From Macrostomum lignano (Eukaryota): a DNA stretch of 64,000 nt. The translations under genes were made by a program, and so were the position numbers. Where the stretch lies: positions 367,255-431,254 of the forward strand of contig NIVC01000654.1 of NCBI GenBank assembly GCA_002269645.1, read 5' to 3'. Positions 12,600-26,535 of the stretch are shown piece after piece (position 1 is the stretch's first letter; each line of letters starts with the position of its first letter). Under the pieces are notes generated by a model. The model was not told the origin of the DNA and made no database searches. It was given only the letters and a program-made list of their open reading frames with translations.

Positions 12600-13200
12600 C
12601 TGATTGGTTAAGGGTTGAAAAAATTCTTTACCTTTAATATTAATTGCAGAAGACTTTCACCACTTAATTTATTTACTATTACTAGTAGCTTAACTCTGTA
12701 ATTTTTTTTCTACATAAAAGAGCCATGGGATCATGATTTTACACCTGATTCCTAAGTATGGCATCCTATTTTTGTGACACTAAATTGACCTCTAAAAACT
12801 GTCAGTAAAGCTTTAAAATTGACACCATAGGATAGCAAAATTGTTTTGTGGTGCCTCTATATTATTGTGTTAATAGTATAGTAGAATCTAATAGTACAAT
12901 AGTATTAGCAATCAGAGCCCACCATGTTGTGGCACCAATTCAAACTTGAAAAAATATCAGGAATCAAACTTAAAGCCTATCAATGTTATTCAATTTTATA
13001 CTTACATTTGATAATCTGTAAGTTTGAATACTTATAGATATAGCTACATATATAATTGTGGCTGCACTTTAAGATTTAGTGAATTACTCTTATTAAAAAA
13101 ATTAATTTAATTTATTATCTTATTTTAATTAACAAACTTAAAAAGCTCAAGACAGAAAAAATTCTGTTTACTAAAAAAAAATTGAATTAAAAAAAACACC

Positions 13201-13265
13201 TATCTCTTGGGATTTGAACCTTTCTACATGCAATCACAAGGCAATTGATATATCTACTAAGCCAC
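13201..13265 (-). mobile_element. Degenerate tRNA-derived SINE head
   Basis: Minus strand gtggcttagtag...ggttcaaatccc resembles Pol III A and B boxes. No intact cloverleaf. Confidence 0.45.
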
Positions 13266-13559
13266 AATTTGCTTATAAGAGAGCCCTACAGAACATGCAT
13301 TTTATATTGATGATAATAGCTGTGCCAATAAGCTCAAATATTATAGACATGGCTGCCGTGCCTATAAGAACTCTGAAATAAAAAATTTGGTTGGCTATTA
13401 AAATATAAAAATACTGTTGTTTGTTCAGGGAAAATGGGGAAAATATTATTTTTAGAGACACTTGACTTTTATGGTTATAATTATAAATAAAATACTGGAA
13501 TATTAACTGTTATTTGCACTATTATTAATTAAGTTCATTCTTTTATCATTATATCATCA

Positions 13560-14008
13560 CCATAGTCAGGAAGGTGGCACAGTGTGCGCCAGAATAATTT
13601 TTTTGGGACAATCTGTGCACTGTCTATGCCCTTATTTTATATATTTTATATATTTTATATAATTTATATAATTTATATATTTTATATAAATTATATATTT
13701 TACTATAAATTTACAAAATTCTTAAAATTCATGCAGACTCAATATGCTATGCCAGTTTTATGCTAATAAAGATTCTATTCTGATTCCTTATGCACCAAAG
13801 TTGTGCATAGCACCACATATGTCAGGGACCTTATGTGCCACATGTGCCACAATTATGCGCTGTATGCGCTAGGGACCTCAGTGTGTGCCATGTTGTGCGC
13901 CGCATGTGCCAAGGAACTCAGTGTGCGCCATGATTATATGCCAAGTGCGCCAAGGACCCCTTGTGTGCGCCGGAATTTCCATGGCAAAGGCCACCTTTAT
14001 GACTATGG
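13560..14008. mobile_element. MITE with CCATAGTC..AAGGTGGC terminal inverted repeats (8-bp TSD class, hAT/P-like)
   Basis: Left ccatagtcaggaaggtggc, right gccacctttatgactatgg. Flanks tatcatca/tatcattt. Same family as 19430-19909. Confidence 0.75.
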
Positions 14009-15239
14009 TATCATTTAAGTCTCTAAACCTACAAATAGCACTAATTATCTCTACCTATAAATGTCAAAACTATGTCTGTGTGTGGACAATTTTGATCGCT
14101 ATGGACTCCCAAACCACTCAACCAAATGACACCAAATTTTACACCCACCCTAAACTTACTACAGAGAATGTCTTAGGCTACCTTTAAATTGCCTAGACTC
14201 AAGTCTTCCTGCTTAAAAGTACAAAAAACTGCTCAAAATGCGCAATTTTTTCACTTAATCCTCTATAGCGCCGCTCCACTTCTACCGATTCTCTTTAAAT
14301 TTGACACAGATAATCTTTAACTATTTTGACACAATCATGTAAAATTTCGAGTCTCAAAGTTAATCCTGAGCGGTGCTGTGCACTTTTAAAATTAGGCTGT
14401 TTTTTTCAGCGTAGCAACCACCCCAACCTCCGCCCGCCTGCCTCTCCCGATACCGATCTGGGCCCAGATGTGTAAAAGGGTTTCAAAATTGACTAACTTT
14501 CAGCTGCCATAAGTTTGCTCCACGTAATGCGATTGACTTCAAACCTGACAAAATTCTTCATTGGCCCATTCTCTATCTAAATGTAAAGTTTCAACTTTGT
14601 AACTCAACTGAAAAAGAAACTGTAAGCATGTGAAGTTTGTCTGCTTTTTCTGTTGTTTGTGGCGCTCAACTCACTCATTCCCGCAGTCCAGACGAAGGGT
14701 CAGGCGATAGGGCTCAATGTACACAGCGAATGTACAGTGTTTTGGAATAACTTTTTAATAGCCTTCTCTGTACCCCCGCAAGTGGATAGGCGTGGAGAGG
14801 AGAGAGTTTAGTGAGAGATTCAATTTCAAACCACTGTCCTCTGAATAGACAAGTCTGCAGCAGTTAAATAAGGATGGCAAATCAAGGCGATGTGGGATGG
14901 TTTGTAAAAATATCGAAAAATTAATGAATAACAGATTACAATGCAATCCTACTAAATTAGTTACACCATGAAATTTTTAACATTAGGATTTGCATAAGGT
15001 ACTTTAAAATTTAAATGGCCTCCTAAGAAATGCGTATTTCCATGGTTGATAGACTGCTGCAGACTGTGGTGGTGGAGCTGGAGATATACAAATTTCTCTC
15101 AGGGCTGCTAATTGACCAGAAAGATGACGTTATTAAAGCATGAGAAATGATAACAACCATGATAGTACTACGTCCCACAAACTGGCTTTCGAAGCAGGGA
15201 TCGGCAGATCGGCAGCTACGGGCCATATGAGAGTGAAAA

Positions 15240-16690
15240 GGAAAAGGAATAGACTATTAGAAAGGGAGGAGGGGCGAGAGGGGATAAAAGAAAAGATAGA
15301 AGATAACAGGAGAGACGTACGAGGAGGTTGAGGAGAGAGCAGAGAATATGGGACAAAGAAGCGAGAGGAGGGGAGAGAGAAGGGAGAGGAAATAGTAGAG
15401 GTGAGAAGATGGAGAGAGAAGAGGGGAGAGATGAGACAGAGGATCGATGAGAGAGGAGAGTAGAGAAGAGTGAGATGAGAGAACAAAGAGGAGATGAGAG
15501 TATCGAGAGGGGGGATTAGAAAGGATAGAGGGGAGGAGATAAAAGGGGGAGAGACGAGTGAGAAGAGAGAAGATAGAGATGAGAGAGAGAGAGTTGAGAT
15601 AGAAGAGAGGACAAAGGAGAGATGATAGAGTAAAGGGAAGAGGAGGAGAGAGGAAAGAGATGAGATTGTAGAGATGAGTGAGATGAAAGGAAATATGAGA
15701 GAGTAGAGTAGAGATGAGAGATGAAGGAAGAGAGAGCAGAGTGCGGAGAGACAAGAAAAGAGAATAGAGGGGAGAGAGTATAGAAGAGGGAAGAGAAGAG
15801 AGGAGTAAGGAAAGAGAGGAGTCAGAAGAGGGGAAAGAGAAGAGTACACAGTAGAGAGGAGAGTAGAGATGACAGAAGAGAGAGGGAAATGAGAGAGCAA
15901 AGATGAGAGTGAACATACGATATAAGAGAGGAGAGAGGAGAGTGAGAGAGAAGAGAGAAGACAAGAGGGAGAGAGTATAGAAGAGAGAAGAGAAGAGACG
16001 AGAAGAAAGAAGAAAGGATCGAGTCCTCCTGAGTCAAAAAGGGGAAAGAGAGGAGTACAAGGGGAGAGAGGTGAGAGAACATATGAGAGTAAAGATGACA
16101 GATAAGAGAGGGGAGATGAGAGCAGAAACGAGAGTGAACAGACGAGAGATGGGGGAATAGAGAGAAAAGAGGAGAGATGAGAAGTGAGTGAGGAGAGAGG
16201 AGGGGAAGGGAGAGAATCGAGAGGACAGGGGAAATTGGTGAAAAGGACGAGGGAGGAGAGGAAAGAGGGGAGAGAAGAGAGAAAAGAGAGATAGGATAGG
16301 AGAGAGCAGAGAGATGAGAGGAGAGAGTGGACAGAGGAGAGGAAAGAGTTGAGAGAAGAGAGGAAAAAGGAGAGAGTAGAGATAAGGAAAGTGTTGAGAG
16401 AGGGTAGAGTAAGGAGTGAGAAGAGAGGTGAGGGAAGAGAGAGTAGAGAGCAGAGAGAAATGAGAAAAGATAAAACAGGAGAAAGGAGATATGAGCGACC
16501 AGAGACCAGAGCGAAGAGAGAAGAGAGAGAAAAGAATAGAGTGGAGAGGGAAGAGATGAGAGAAGAGACGAGAGAAGAGACGAGAGAGGAGAGAAGAAAG
16601 AAGAGATAAGAGGGGAGAAAAAGAAGAGACGAGAGAGAAGATAGGAAACAGAAAAGAAGATGGAAGTTTCAAAGGATGCAAAGGACATAG
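15240..16690. repeat. GA-rich low-complexity tract
   Basis: Near-pure purine plus strand with no strict period. Confidence 0.9.
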
Positions 16691-17230
16691 GGAGAGGCAG
16701 AGGTACGTAAAGGCCAGAGTTTGCCTGACATTCTGCGCAGCACCCCAGCCAACCATATCAATGTTTGCCTCAAATCCTAATTTTACATGAATGTGCACTA
16801 CTTTATGTTTAACTCTATCCTAACTATTAACAAGGGAACAAGTTTTTGTTTAAGTTCTACCTCAGATTTTAGAATACATGCAAAAATAATTCCGGGGAAT
16901 GGAGTTCCCCGGGTTCAAAATCCGCGGGTTTCAATGTATATTTAATATTTCTGATAGTTGAAATGACTCTACTATATTTTTGTTGCCAAAAGAGTGGCAA
17001 ACAAACTTGCAACATTTGAAAAACTATTATTATTAACCTTAGTCAGCATAATTTAAGTAAATTCTAATAGGTATTATTTAGTCAATATAGATATAGACTT
17101 TAAGGAGATGAAAAGAAATGTTACCAAATAAAAAATACTTAAATTGTATTTTTCTAGCTTAAAAAAATAACCTTTACTGCTTTACTAAACCTAGATAACA
17201 AAAATTGAAATAAGTGATATAGAAAAAAAT

Positions 17231-17608
17231 CAGGGTTTTTTTGTGCGCAGTGTGTGCGTATGTGCCCTAAATTTTAAAATCGCACCCTGAAATAAAAAAA
17301 GTAGATGCGGTTTAGGTGTGGTCTTATAACCATTTTTCTTTAAAGGCTTAACCATGCTTAAGCTATTTTTCATGCACTGCCTTAAAATATGAAACAAAAT
17401 AACTCTTTAAATCCAACAAGTCATATAGTCATAAGTCATATAAGCAATGTAGCCTATGGCTATAGCCTTATGTAAGATATTAAAATATACATTCCCAGTT
17501 GTCTGAAACAAAACTCAAGAGAAATTGCACTCTGAGCCTTAAAATTGCACCTTGAAATTTGGCACAAGGTGCAATTTGGCACCTTGTCTCTGGCGAAAAA
17601 AAACCCAG
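17231..17608. mobile_element. hAT-like MITE
   Basis: Ends cagggttttttt...aaaaaaaacccag. Flanks aaaaaaat/aaagaaat match at 7 of 8 positions. Confidence 0.6.
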
Positions 17609-19114
17609 AAAGAAATATTCTATAGGAAAAATACTTTCTAATAATATATCATATGAATTGCTTGGTTGAATAATTGCAGTTATATTTATCTAACTATACA
17701 CAATTTTAGTTGAAACTGGAAATTGAGTTTCTTTTCATTTTTTATAAAAACGTCACAAGCCTTTATGGCAAATTTGCTTTACAAAACTAATAACAATATA
17801 TACACAAAAAGTTGCATAACTTTTTTAATCCTAGGCTTAATTTCAAAAGTGAAGTGTCTTTTAACCCATACAATCAAGTTCTATCATATTTTATTTTACT
17901 TTTCTGAACTTTTTTGCTTTAAAAATCTCATTGGAGTCCCTGGCTCAAATAGTCAATATGGCATATCTTTAAGTAAAAAGAATATTTTTAAAAAGGATTT
18001 ATCAATGTCTTTTTTGTTTACTTGTATTTGTATTTTAAAAGTTTGATAAAAAAGAACTTACTGTATCTGAGCTGTTAGCTTCAACTGTGAACTTATGACC
18101 AGCAAGAGTTCTGCAGGTAACCAACATTTTAGTAAATATGGCAGCACTAATGACTCAAAAGCGTAGAAGTTACCAACTTAATGTAGGCCAAAGCAATATG
18201 GTTTAGAATTTAGTGCAAATAATAGAGCAACGATACTTCACAAAATCACAATTAATACAGTTTTAAACCCCAAGTAAACTAGTGAAGAGCTTAGCAACGT
18301 TATGGACTAGAGTGAGAAGGAGGCAACAAATTGAAAACGAAATAAAAAATTGTCATGTAATACTTAACAAATTATTTACCTTCATAGGCTTTTGAAGCAT
18401 TATTTTAAAAAATCTTAAAATGATGACATATTGTAAGTACAAAAAAATTAATAGAATTTTTTTAATATTTAAAAATATTCTGTGGGTAAATACTTTTAAC
18501 TTAAACACTTTACTAGAAAAGACATGATTACGTCGTTCGTTGTTTGTTGTCTGTTGATGCTGTGCACATGATTGTTTTGTCTTTTCGGTCGGTTTAGGCT
18601 AGGCCTATTCGTTTTTTTTCTGATACATCTGGGGCTAGGGAGAGTGGCTATTAATAGATATTACTTAGACCATGTCGCTTAGGACGTCTTTTCATACTTT
18701 ATTTTGTGTTTTGTCTAGTCCCAAGGAAATCTTAAGCCAAAGTGTATATTATTATTAGGCAGGCTATTAAACATTTGATTGTTTAATACTAATAGGCATA
18801 TATGTTAAAAACTCAATGAAAATGCATATCTAATAAAGGTTCTCGTTATTTGTCTGAGACTGGAAAAGTTACGGCATTCTTTCATTTTATTTTACAATCC
18901 CTGAGCAGGTCAAGTTTCATCTTACAATCCCCACTGAAAAAGAGTCGAAAAGACACTCGACTCTAGTTTATCAAAAAAGTACATTTCAAATTTATTTTCC
19001 AAGAACAAAATCATTGCAACTCACTTTCCAGTCAACCTAATTCATCACTGCCAGTCAACTTGAGGATCATGGGCGTAGCATTAGTTAGGGGCCTATGAAA
19101 GCACATAGCTTAAG

Positions 19115-20269
19115 CTTATTCACTTTCGTCATACACTCATACAATCATTTAAATAGTTAATTTATATGTAGATAATCACAAGATGAAACCAAAAGAGCTT
19201 ATAGGTTTTGAATTACGATCACCACATTGGTAGAATTGTATTAGAGGGATTGTATGACAAAAGTGAATAGATTAAGGCCTACACATTACATCCCTGGCAA
19301 AATTGCACCAGTTCATGGCAGCTTCAGATATAAACTGCTACAGTGCTACATCATTCTCCATCACTAATCTACAGGGTTAAAGAATGAAATTGTATTTATT
19401 ATAAGATTTACAAGCACCATCCCTTCTCTCCATAGTCGGGAAGGTGGCACAATGTGCGCTGGAACTATTTTGATGGCTTTTAAGCAGTGTGTGCCGTGCG
19501 CCGTGAAGAAAAGATTTTGTGTGCCGCAGCGCGCCATGATAAGGTAAGTCTAAGGTAAGGTAAAGTAAATAATTAATTGGTAAATAAATTTGAATTTACA
19601 GTAAACAAATTTGAATTTACAATAGACAAATTTAAATTTCATTTACGTATTTTATATCGTGATTTATGTAATTTTAGTACTCTTTGATAGCATCTAAAAA
19701 AACTCTTTGATAGTATAATAATGAATATAACTATAACGAAGTGTAACTATATATTTTTTCAGTGCCATGTGCCATGTGCGCTGCTAGCTAGAGTGTTTCC
19801 AATTTTTAGTGCGCTAGCTCCATGTGCGCCGCCAAAGCATTTCCAATTTTTCCTTGTACACCATGTACGCTGGAAAATTCACCAAAAACTGCCACCTTCC
19901 CAGCTATGGCCTCCTCTCACTTTTGTCATGCAATCCCCTCAGTTCATTGGACCTATGTGTTATACCAAGGGGTGATCGTATGACAAAAGTGAGAGGGGGC
20001 ATGGGGTGGCAACAGCGCCTAAAAAGGCTGTGTAAAAAGAGCCAGGTGACTTTTGGTTCGTGGACATATTAAAGGCTACAATTGATTGTTTGGTTAAAAT
20101 GTCTTTTATAGCGACAATTTCCTACCATTTCATCATACAATCTCTCCAATACAATTTTACTATTGGTGTGATCATAAGTCAAAATCTATAAGCTCTTTCG
20201 GTTTTGTCTTGCAATCATCTGTATATAAATTCACTATTTAAATGATCGCATAATGAAAGTGAATATAAG
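19115..20269. mobile_element. Fold-back element with diverged inverted arms of about 145 bp (19115-19264 and 20126-20269)
   Basis: The reverse complement of the right arm aligns by eye to the left arm (atcatttaaatag...aaagagcttatag...aattgtatt). Confidence 0.65.
19430..19909. mobile_element. MITE with CCATAG..GGGAAGGTGGC terminal inverted repeats and an 8-bp TSD
   Basis: Left ccatagtcgggaaggtggc, right gccaccttcccagctatgg. Flanks ccttctct/cctcctct. Confidence 0.8.
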
Positions 20270-20601
20270 GACAGGCTTCTAACTTCTATAAGACACAAGA
20301 TTTTATGTTAAAATGATATACTTAAAAGTGGTCCCATTTTGAAGTTCAATTTTAAAAGCAATTTTCCATCCTCCAGGGGGATTTGGGGGGGTTGTATAAC
20401 AAAAGTCCCAACTCCCATAGGGACAATGCTAGGTAATCGTAAAATGAAAGAATGCAAAGTTAGGCCTATTTCCACATTGTTTAGGCATTCTAGCAAAATA
20501 ATTCTAGCTATTGTTATAGAGTATATAGGCTTATCCCTTGCTTAATTTTCAATTCAAATGGGATTTATAAAACAAAAAGACTGAACTAGCAATATAGCCT
20601 A

Positions 20602-22193
20602 CAGGATAGATCTATTGAAATGTCATCTTTCATTTTTTGTTTTTTGCTTTTCAGTTTTGGGCATTTAAAAGCCAAGTACATAGAATTTTGCTTTCATATC
20701 TGTGTGACCTCTGTGCAAAGTTTTACAGTAATCTAACTATACTATGTTTGCATACAAGGAGATTATTCAAAAGATCATTCAAAAAACTTCAAGCAAGAGA
20801 GCCTCTTATATCAATTGCTTAACATCTTGGAATTTTGAAGAACCATGTTTATTGAACCAAGCGACTTTTTGTGGCAACTAGCAGTATTAAGGCATGTCAT
20901 AGATGTGGGTGCAGCCACATTGCTTGCACTAAGAATGTCACCAAAGCTGTCAAAATGCACATCCATAGGAACCCAAGACAAAGTATTAGACAGCTGGCTT
21001 GGGACTTTGGAATGGCACACAAGACAATGAAACAGCTGCTCAAGGATGATGTTGGAGTGAAGAACAGAGCAGTAGTTTGTTGGCTTTTCTTGTCAGAAGC
21101 CCAGAAGTTTATTAGAAAGATGCAAGCCAAGCAACTGCTTAGCTGGCTAAAGTTGTATTCATATCTGGTGCACATCTTCTCAGATGAAAAAAAATTGTCA
21201 ATGTAGCTGCCAGCTGCCAATAGAAGAAATGATCAATACTTGGTACCTGGCTGTATAAAGGATGTCCCAAACAATGCTTGTGTGGTGTAGCGCATCAAAA
21301 TCCAGCTTCTGTCACAGTGCTAGGGGTCATCAGCTCTGATGGACAAAAGTGCCCCCCCCCCTTCAATCTTCATTGACCTTGGTGCTTGGCTCAATGCTGT
21401 TGGCTATGAGGAGCTGCTACAAAACAAAGTGCTGCCATGGCTAAATCAGCACTATCTAAGTGGCCAATATGTGTTCTAGTGATATGGTGCACTTGCACAT
21501 ACTGCGACAACCATGCAGAACTTCCTGTTAGAAAATTTTGCAAATTATTGACCAAAGGACTTCTGGCCACCTTTGTTGCCAGATCTTAATCCACTAGACT
21601 CATACATGCGCAACCCCCCTGATTTACACTGGCCATGCGACTTACTTTTTGACCAAAAATGCGACTTACCTGTGAAAAAACCCTAAACCAAAATTAATGC
21701 AGTTTTGGGTAAACGGCAGGAGTAACTATGACTGTCTTATCAGCCATAAATGCCTCGGCATCTAATTAGTACTACGTCTGTATTCTTTGGGGTGGCCTTT
21801 TTGCAACTTACCCCTGGTCCACCACAATTTACGGTGGCCAGATCGGCCAGGTCGGCCAGCAGTTGCGCATGTATGACTAGACTATTATTTCTGGGCACAA
21901 GTTGAGCACAAGGCCTGTCACATATCTCACCACAATCTCGAGTGGTTGCGCATCTCTATCTCAAAAGCAGGGGATAAAATCCCATTAGCTGAAGTGCAAA
22001 AAGCTGTTGGTAGATTTTGAGCTCAGCTGGAGAAAGTTGTAGAAGCAGATAGCGGTTACATTGAGTAAATCTGTTCCTGACAAGGTGTTGATCATTTACC
22101 AAATTCATTTTAATCTGCAATTTTTTCTTGTCTAAAATCAAGTGAAAATATACTCAGTACTAAAAAGTGTGACATTTCAATGGATCCACCCTG
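20602..22193 (+). mobile_element. Degenerate Tc1/mariner transposon, DD37D (maT) family
   Basis: TA-flanked TIRs caggatagatctattgaaatgtca / tgacatttcaatggatccaccctg. Transposase relics HIFSDEKK, VF**YGALAHT (from VFQQDGAPAHT) and FWPPLLPDLNPLD|YYFW, with 37 residues between the second and third Asp. Multiple stops. Confidence 0.88.
21601..21875. mobile_element. 275-bp MITE nested in the maT element
   Basis: Perfect 14-bp TIR CATACATGCGCAAC and perfect 8-bp TSD ACTAGACT (21593-21600, 21876-21883). Confidence 0.93.
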
Positions 22194-22505
22194 TATATAT
22201 ACATATACCTATTAAGTAACTATTGATATCTTTAATATATTTATCCTAGTTAATACCTCTAAAACTACTACTCTTCTAATTTATCCTCTAATCATAAAAA
22301 CATTTGCCATAAATAACTTTAATATCTATCCATTATATACCCCACACTAGCATGCCATATGCACATTGTATGGTAGTTATGCATGCTAACAACTTTTCTG
22401 CTAACAACATTTTATTTCAGTTGCATACCATGCATGTTGATATCTTAATGCACATTGTCTATATTGACATTTTCAAATACATAACTAGAAAATTCTGGTA
22501 TACAC

Positions 22506-22583
22506 TAAATCTTCTAAAGATAGGTTGATATATATATATATATCAACATATATATATATATCAACCTATCTTTAGAAGATTTA
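22506..22583. repeat. AT-rich palindrome / inverted repeat
   Basis: taaatcttctaaagataggttga(ta)n ... (ta)n tcaacctatctttagaagattta. The 23-bp unique arms are exact reverse complements. Confidence 0.9.
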
Positions 22584-23366
22584 TATCCTATAGATTTAAC
22601 CTATATTTAGAAGATATATATATAATAGCTTTTCTTAAAATAAGTAAAAACAAAAACAAAAATGATAATGCACTTATAAGGAAAATAGAACTAAAACAAA
22701 ATACTAGGTTCTAGCAAAGAAAAAACACTTTTAAGTTTAATAATAACTCATTTTTTAAAATATACACTATAAATAAAGTTTATGAAACTGAAAAAGTTCA
22801 TAAAAGAAGTTCTTGATTCAACAAGAACTTCGAGCTAACCAATGGAAGACTCATAAAAAAAGTTTGCATATTTGCAACTTTATGCTTGATATAAGAATTT
22901 TTTAATTTATATTGCATATAATTTTTTAAAAACTAGTTTTTTTCTGGTATATGCCTGTCATGATCTAGACTATAGCTAATATATAAAAATGAACAAATTT
23001 TTATTAAAAAGTATAAGTTGGACAAGATCTCAATCATCAAGATATTGAAAAAAGTGTATCATGTTTTTATTTGATATATCTATCAAGTTACTAACAAGAT
23101 CAATATAATATAATAATTGTTTTTCCTTCTCTTATCATCATTGTACTCATTTAAGAATAAAAATATTAGCATTGATAGATGGAATGGTGTAAATAAACCT
23201 ACTAGATGATAACTAATATGTATTCTATAACTTTCTATAATTTTCTTGCTTTGGTTGCAATATGCCATTAGCTAGTGACACTTGGCAAAATATTTATAGA
23301 TAGGGCATTAGGACTTCTTGCTGCTAACTAATTATAAAGTGTAGGTATTGTAGCTATGAATTGTAT

Positions 23367-23630
23367 CATACATGTGCAAAATGTAGCCAACCTGGCTGAT
23401 CCAGCTGGCTAGCAAGGGGCCTAGCCAAGGTAAGTTAAAAATGCCCAAAAATTATAGTTATTACTTATTAGATGATGAGGCACTTACCCTTAAAAATATA
23501 GTCCAGGTTACTCCTGCCTTTTACCCAAAAATATGTTAATTTTTCTTTAGGTTTTTTTATAGATAAGTCACATTTTTGGTCAAAAAGTAAGTTGCAAAGC
23601 CAGTATAAATGAAGGGGTTGCATATGTATA
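23367..23630 (-). mobile_element. Older inverted copy of the 21601-21875 MITE
   Basis: Degenerate TIRs catacatgtgcaa/gttgcatatgtat. Internal gttactcctgcc and tttttggtcaaaaagtaag are reverse complements of motifs in 21601-21875. Confidence 0.75.
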
Positions 23631-26535
23631 AATAGTCTTCTATAGATAGCTCAGTGTAAAATGCATCTGTGGCATTTAATGCCTATCAACTTGGATATAG
23701 TTTTGCCTGTTTTTTTTTTCTTTCTTATGTTTCTCTCAATCTCTCCTCTTGATGTAACCGCCCTTGTTGCCTGTCTGCTCCATTGGAGAGACAAATGCAT
23801 GACTAGAGGGGGCAATGACCGTAGGCTGCCTATGACCAGGCAATGACCTGACGTACCTCCAGCACTAGACTGTCCTGCCTACATGATTGATAGCTTTGGT
23901 AGCGCTTTGTGACCAGAGGGCCAAGGACCCACATGGACCCCACCTATAGCCAAGGTGCAATAGTTGGTCACTTGGTCATAGTATGACCGAGTGGCTGCCA
24001 CCACTCTATGTGACCTGGTGCACCTGGATCTTTCTACCAGACCTCTCGAGGCTAGAGCCCCGCCTGGGATAGTTACCAAGAGATTTAGGCTAACAGGGGA
24101 GACACATGCAGCCAAGTACAGGGACTCTGCTTGGGGCATGATTGGGAACTCTGGGCTTAATCTGGAGGATTTCTCAGCAAGGGATCCTTTGTGGCTGTGA
24201 GCAAGGCTGACTTGTGACTTTGATTACTAAGAGTAGTATGAGACAAACATGTACTGTTTATAGTTTAGATTGCTCAGGGCGAAGGGATGCGTCAGCATGG
24301 GGTTGCAACCTTCCTACTGCCATCCTGTGCCAAGACTCGCTAATCCCTCTACTGCACACACACATGGCCCCATAGCACGCACTCACAGGTAGGCTTTGCA
24401 CGGGGAGAGGCCATTAGCTTACCCAAACTTCCTTATGCTTTGCCACCCCGGGAGAAAGGCTTAGCAAGCCATGAGTGAAATGATGGTGAAAGAGTGAATA
24501 ATGATGAGGTTAGTTAATAGTTAATAATTAGGCCCTTAGGCAAATAATCAGGCAATTAGGCGACTTCACTATTGAGTAAAATACAGCAAAAAGTTATGGT
24601 ATCACAATTGGCTCAGCTCTCTAGTCAAGCAATGGAAAAATAGGCAGACCCCAGATAAGCAAGGCGATTAGAGCACAAATTAGTAATAGGAACTTACCGA
24701 CAGCTGCACAGAGAGAGAGAGAGAGGCGGAGTGACCGAGGGTGGCTGTAGGCTGCAGTCAGGCAGACAGTGAAGTGGTGATGCGCTGAAGCAACGAGGAG
24801 CTGATGTAGATCAGGCGATGCTGATGATGCTGGGTGGTATCAGACTGCTTGCCGATAGGCGAGCTCGCTTGGGGAGCTAAGGTAACTTGGTGGTATCAAA
24901 CCGTGGACCAGCAGAGGTTCGTCCTATAGACGAATAGGTCAGAGCTACGTCTGACAGCAAGTCTAAAGAAAGACGAGGAGCCCAAAGGTCCCACCAACAT
25001 GAGGATTCTCATGCCAAAAACTGCTTCCTTTTATAGCCTTCCCAGCCACCGCTTCAAGGTTGTTTCCATGGTTGTTCCCTCTCTCTAATTGGCTGCCGGC
25101 AGAATGACATCAGAATGAGTCATGATGAGAAGCATGAGACCGGCATAGCAACATAAGAAATAGGAGGGTTGCGCAATCCGGAGGTGGGGTGGGGAGATAA
25201 TTGGCGCAGCAGGAGGTCGCAAAAGTGTTGCGCAAGCAAACATTGAGAACAATGGGCTGGGGTCGAGAACAAAGGAATTGGAAATCAAGGATAATTAGGG
25301 AGAATCAAGAACAATAGAAAAGCAAACATTGGAGAAAAGGTGATAATTAGGTGCAAAAACAAGAACAAAAGAAAGAGAAAATCAGAGAAAATGTGATAAT
25401 TGGTGGGGGTAAAGAGAACAAAAGAATTAAAAATGAGAACAATAGAAGTGGAGGTAGGGTGGGTGTCGCATGAGAAATTTGGGGATGAGAACAATAGCAT
25501 CAAGAAAGGGGGATGAGTCATTGATGAGTCATTGAGGGGAAGAAGGGGTCACACGACTTGCGTCACTGTTTGGGAGTTTAAGAAGGGATAGGGGGACAGT
25601 GAGCACACAAAATACTATATAAGTAGATGCAGAGAAAGGGGGGACAGCGCAGGAAAATATTGCGAAAAGGGGCAAAAAGAGGGGAGATAGGAAGAGTACA
25701 TGAGGAATAAGGCGGCGCGCAGAGGAAATAGGGTAGAGGGGGAGGTACAAAGAGGGAAGGGGAGCTCCAGAAAGGCAAGTGTGGCGGCAAGGGAGACAGA
25801 GCCAAGGCAGCAGGGGGTGCAGCAGAGTGGGAGTCTCTAGGCCTGGTCAAAGACCTGGCCGAGTCTCAACAGCTCTGTGCAGGGGGTGCATGGCAATAAG
25901 GGGGCACTTTTGAAAAAGTTCCCCCACCCTATCCCGCAACCAGAGTGACGTTACATCATTCTATTATTTTCTCCTTTATTTCCTCTCTTCTTTTACTTTT
26001 TCATTCCCTTCCCTCTTTCTCTTCTTTCCCCTTTTCCTTTCTCCTCTTTCCTTCATTTTCTTTTCTTCTTTCCCTTTTTCTTCTTTTCTAATATCTTTTT
26101 TCTTCCCTTCCTCTCTTCTTTCTCCTTTTTCTTTGCTTTTATCCCTGTCTACTCTCTGCTTTCTCTCATATCTACCCTTCTATACTCTCTTCATTTCTTA
26201 TCTTTTTTCCTCTCTTCCTTTGTTCCTTTCTCTATTTCCCCTTACCTTTTCTTAGAATTTTAATAACTAAAGTAGTAAAATCTTTCATGCTTACTAAGAT
26301 TTTCTGTAAGAACAATGGCTTGTTTGTCAGTTGGTTTCCAAGGAGATTTGGCAATTAAAGGCAATTAAATATAGTCTTAGCCTTCTTTGATAGTGACAAA
26401 TGCTAGGCAGCTTTCTTATTGGCTTCATTCATATTAACTTTTTGTTGCTTGTGTCTTCAATTTTAGCTAACTTTTTTCTTTAATTCATAGTGCTAAAATA
26501 TGTGGCTCTATATATAAAAATAGTATATAAGCAAG

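Noticed and set aside
14675-14740. Minus-strand segment HCTFAVYIEP with a GTGAGT donor as RAD23 exon 1
   Set aside because: In-frame stop upstream with no ATG, wrong phase, and weak similarity.
23650-25960. GC-richer block possibly a decayed retroelement
   Set aside because: No RT, integrase or clear gag motif, LTR or TSD recognisable by eye. Needs a repeat-library search.
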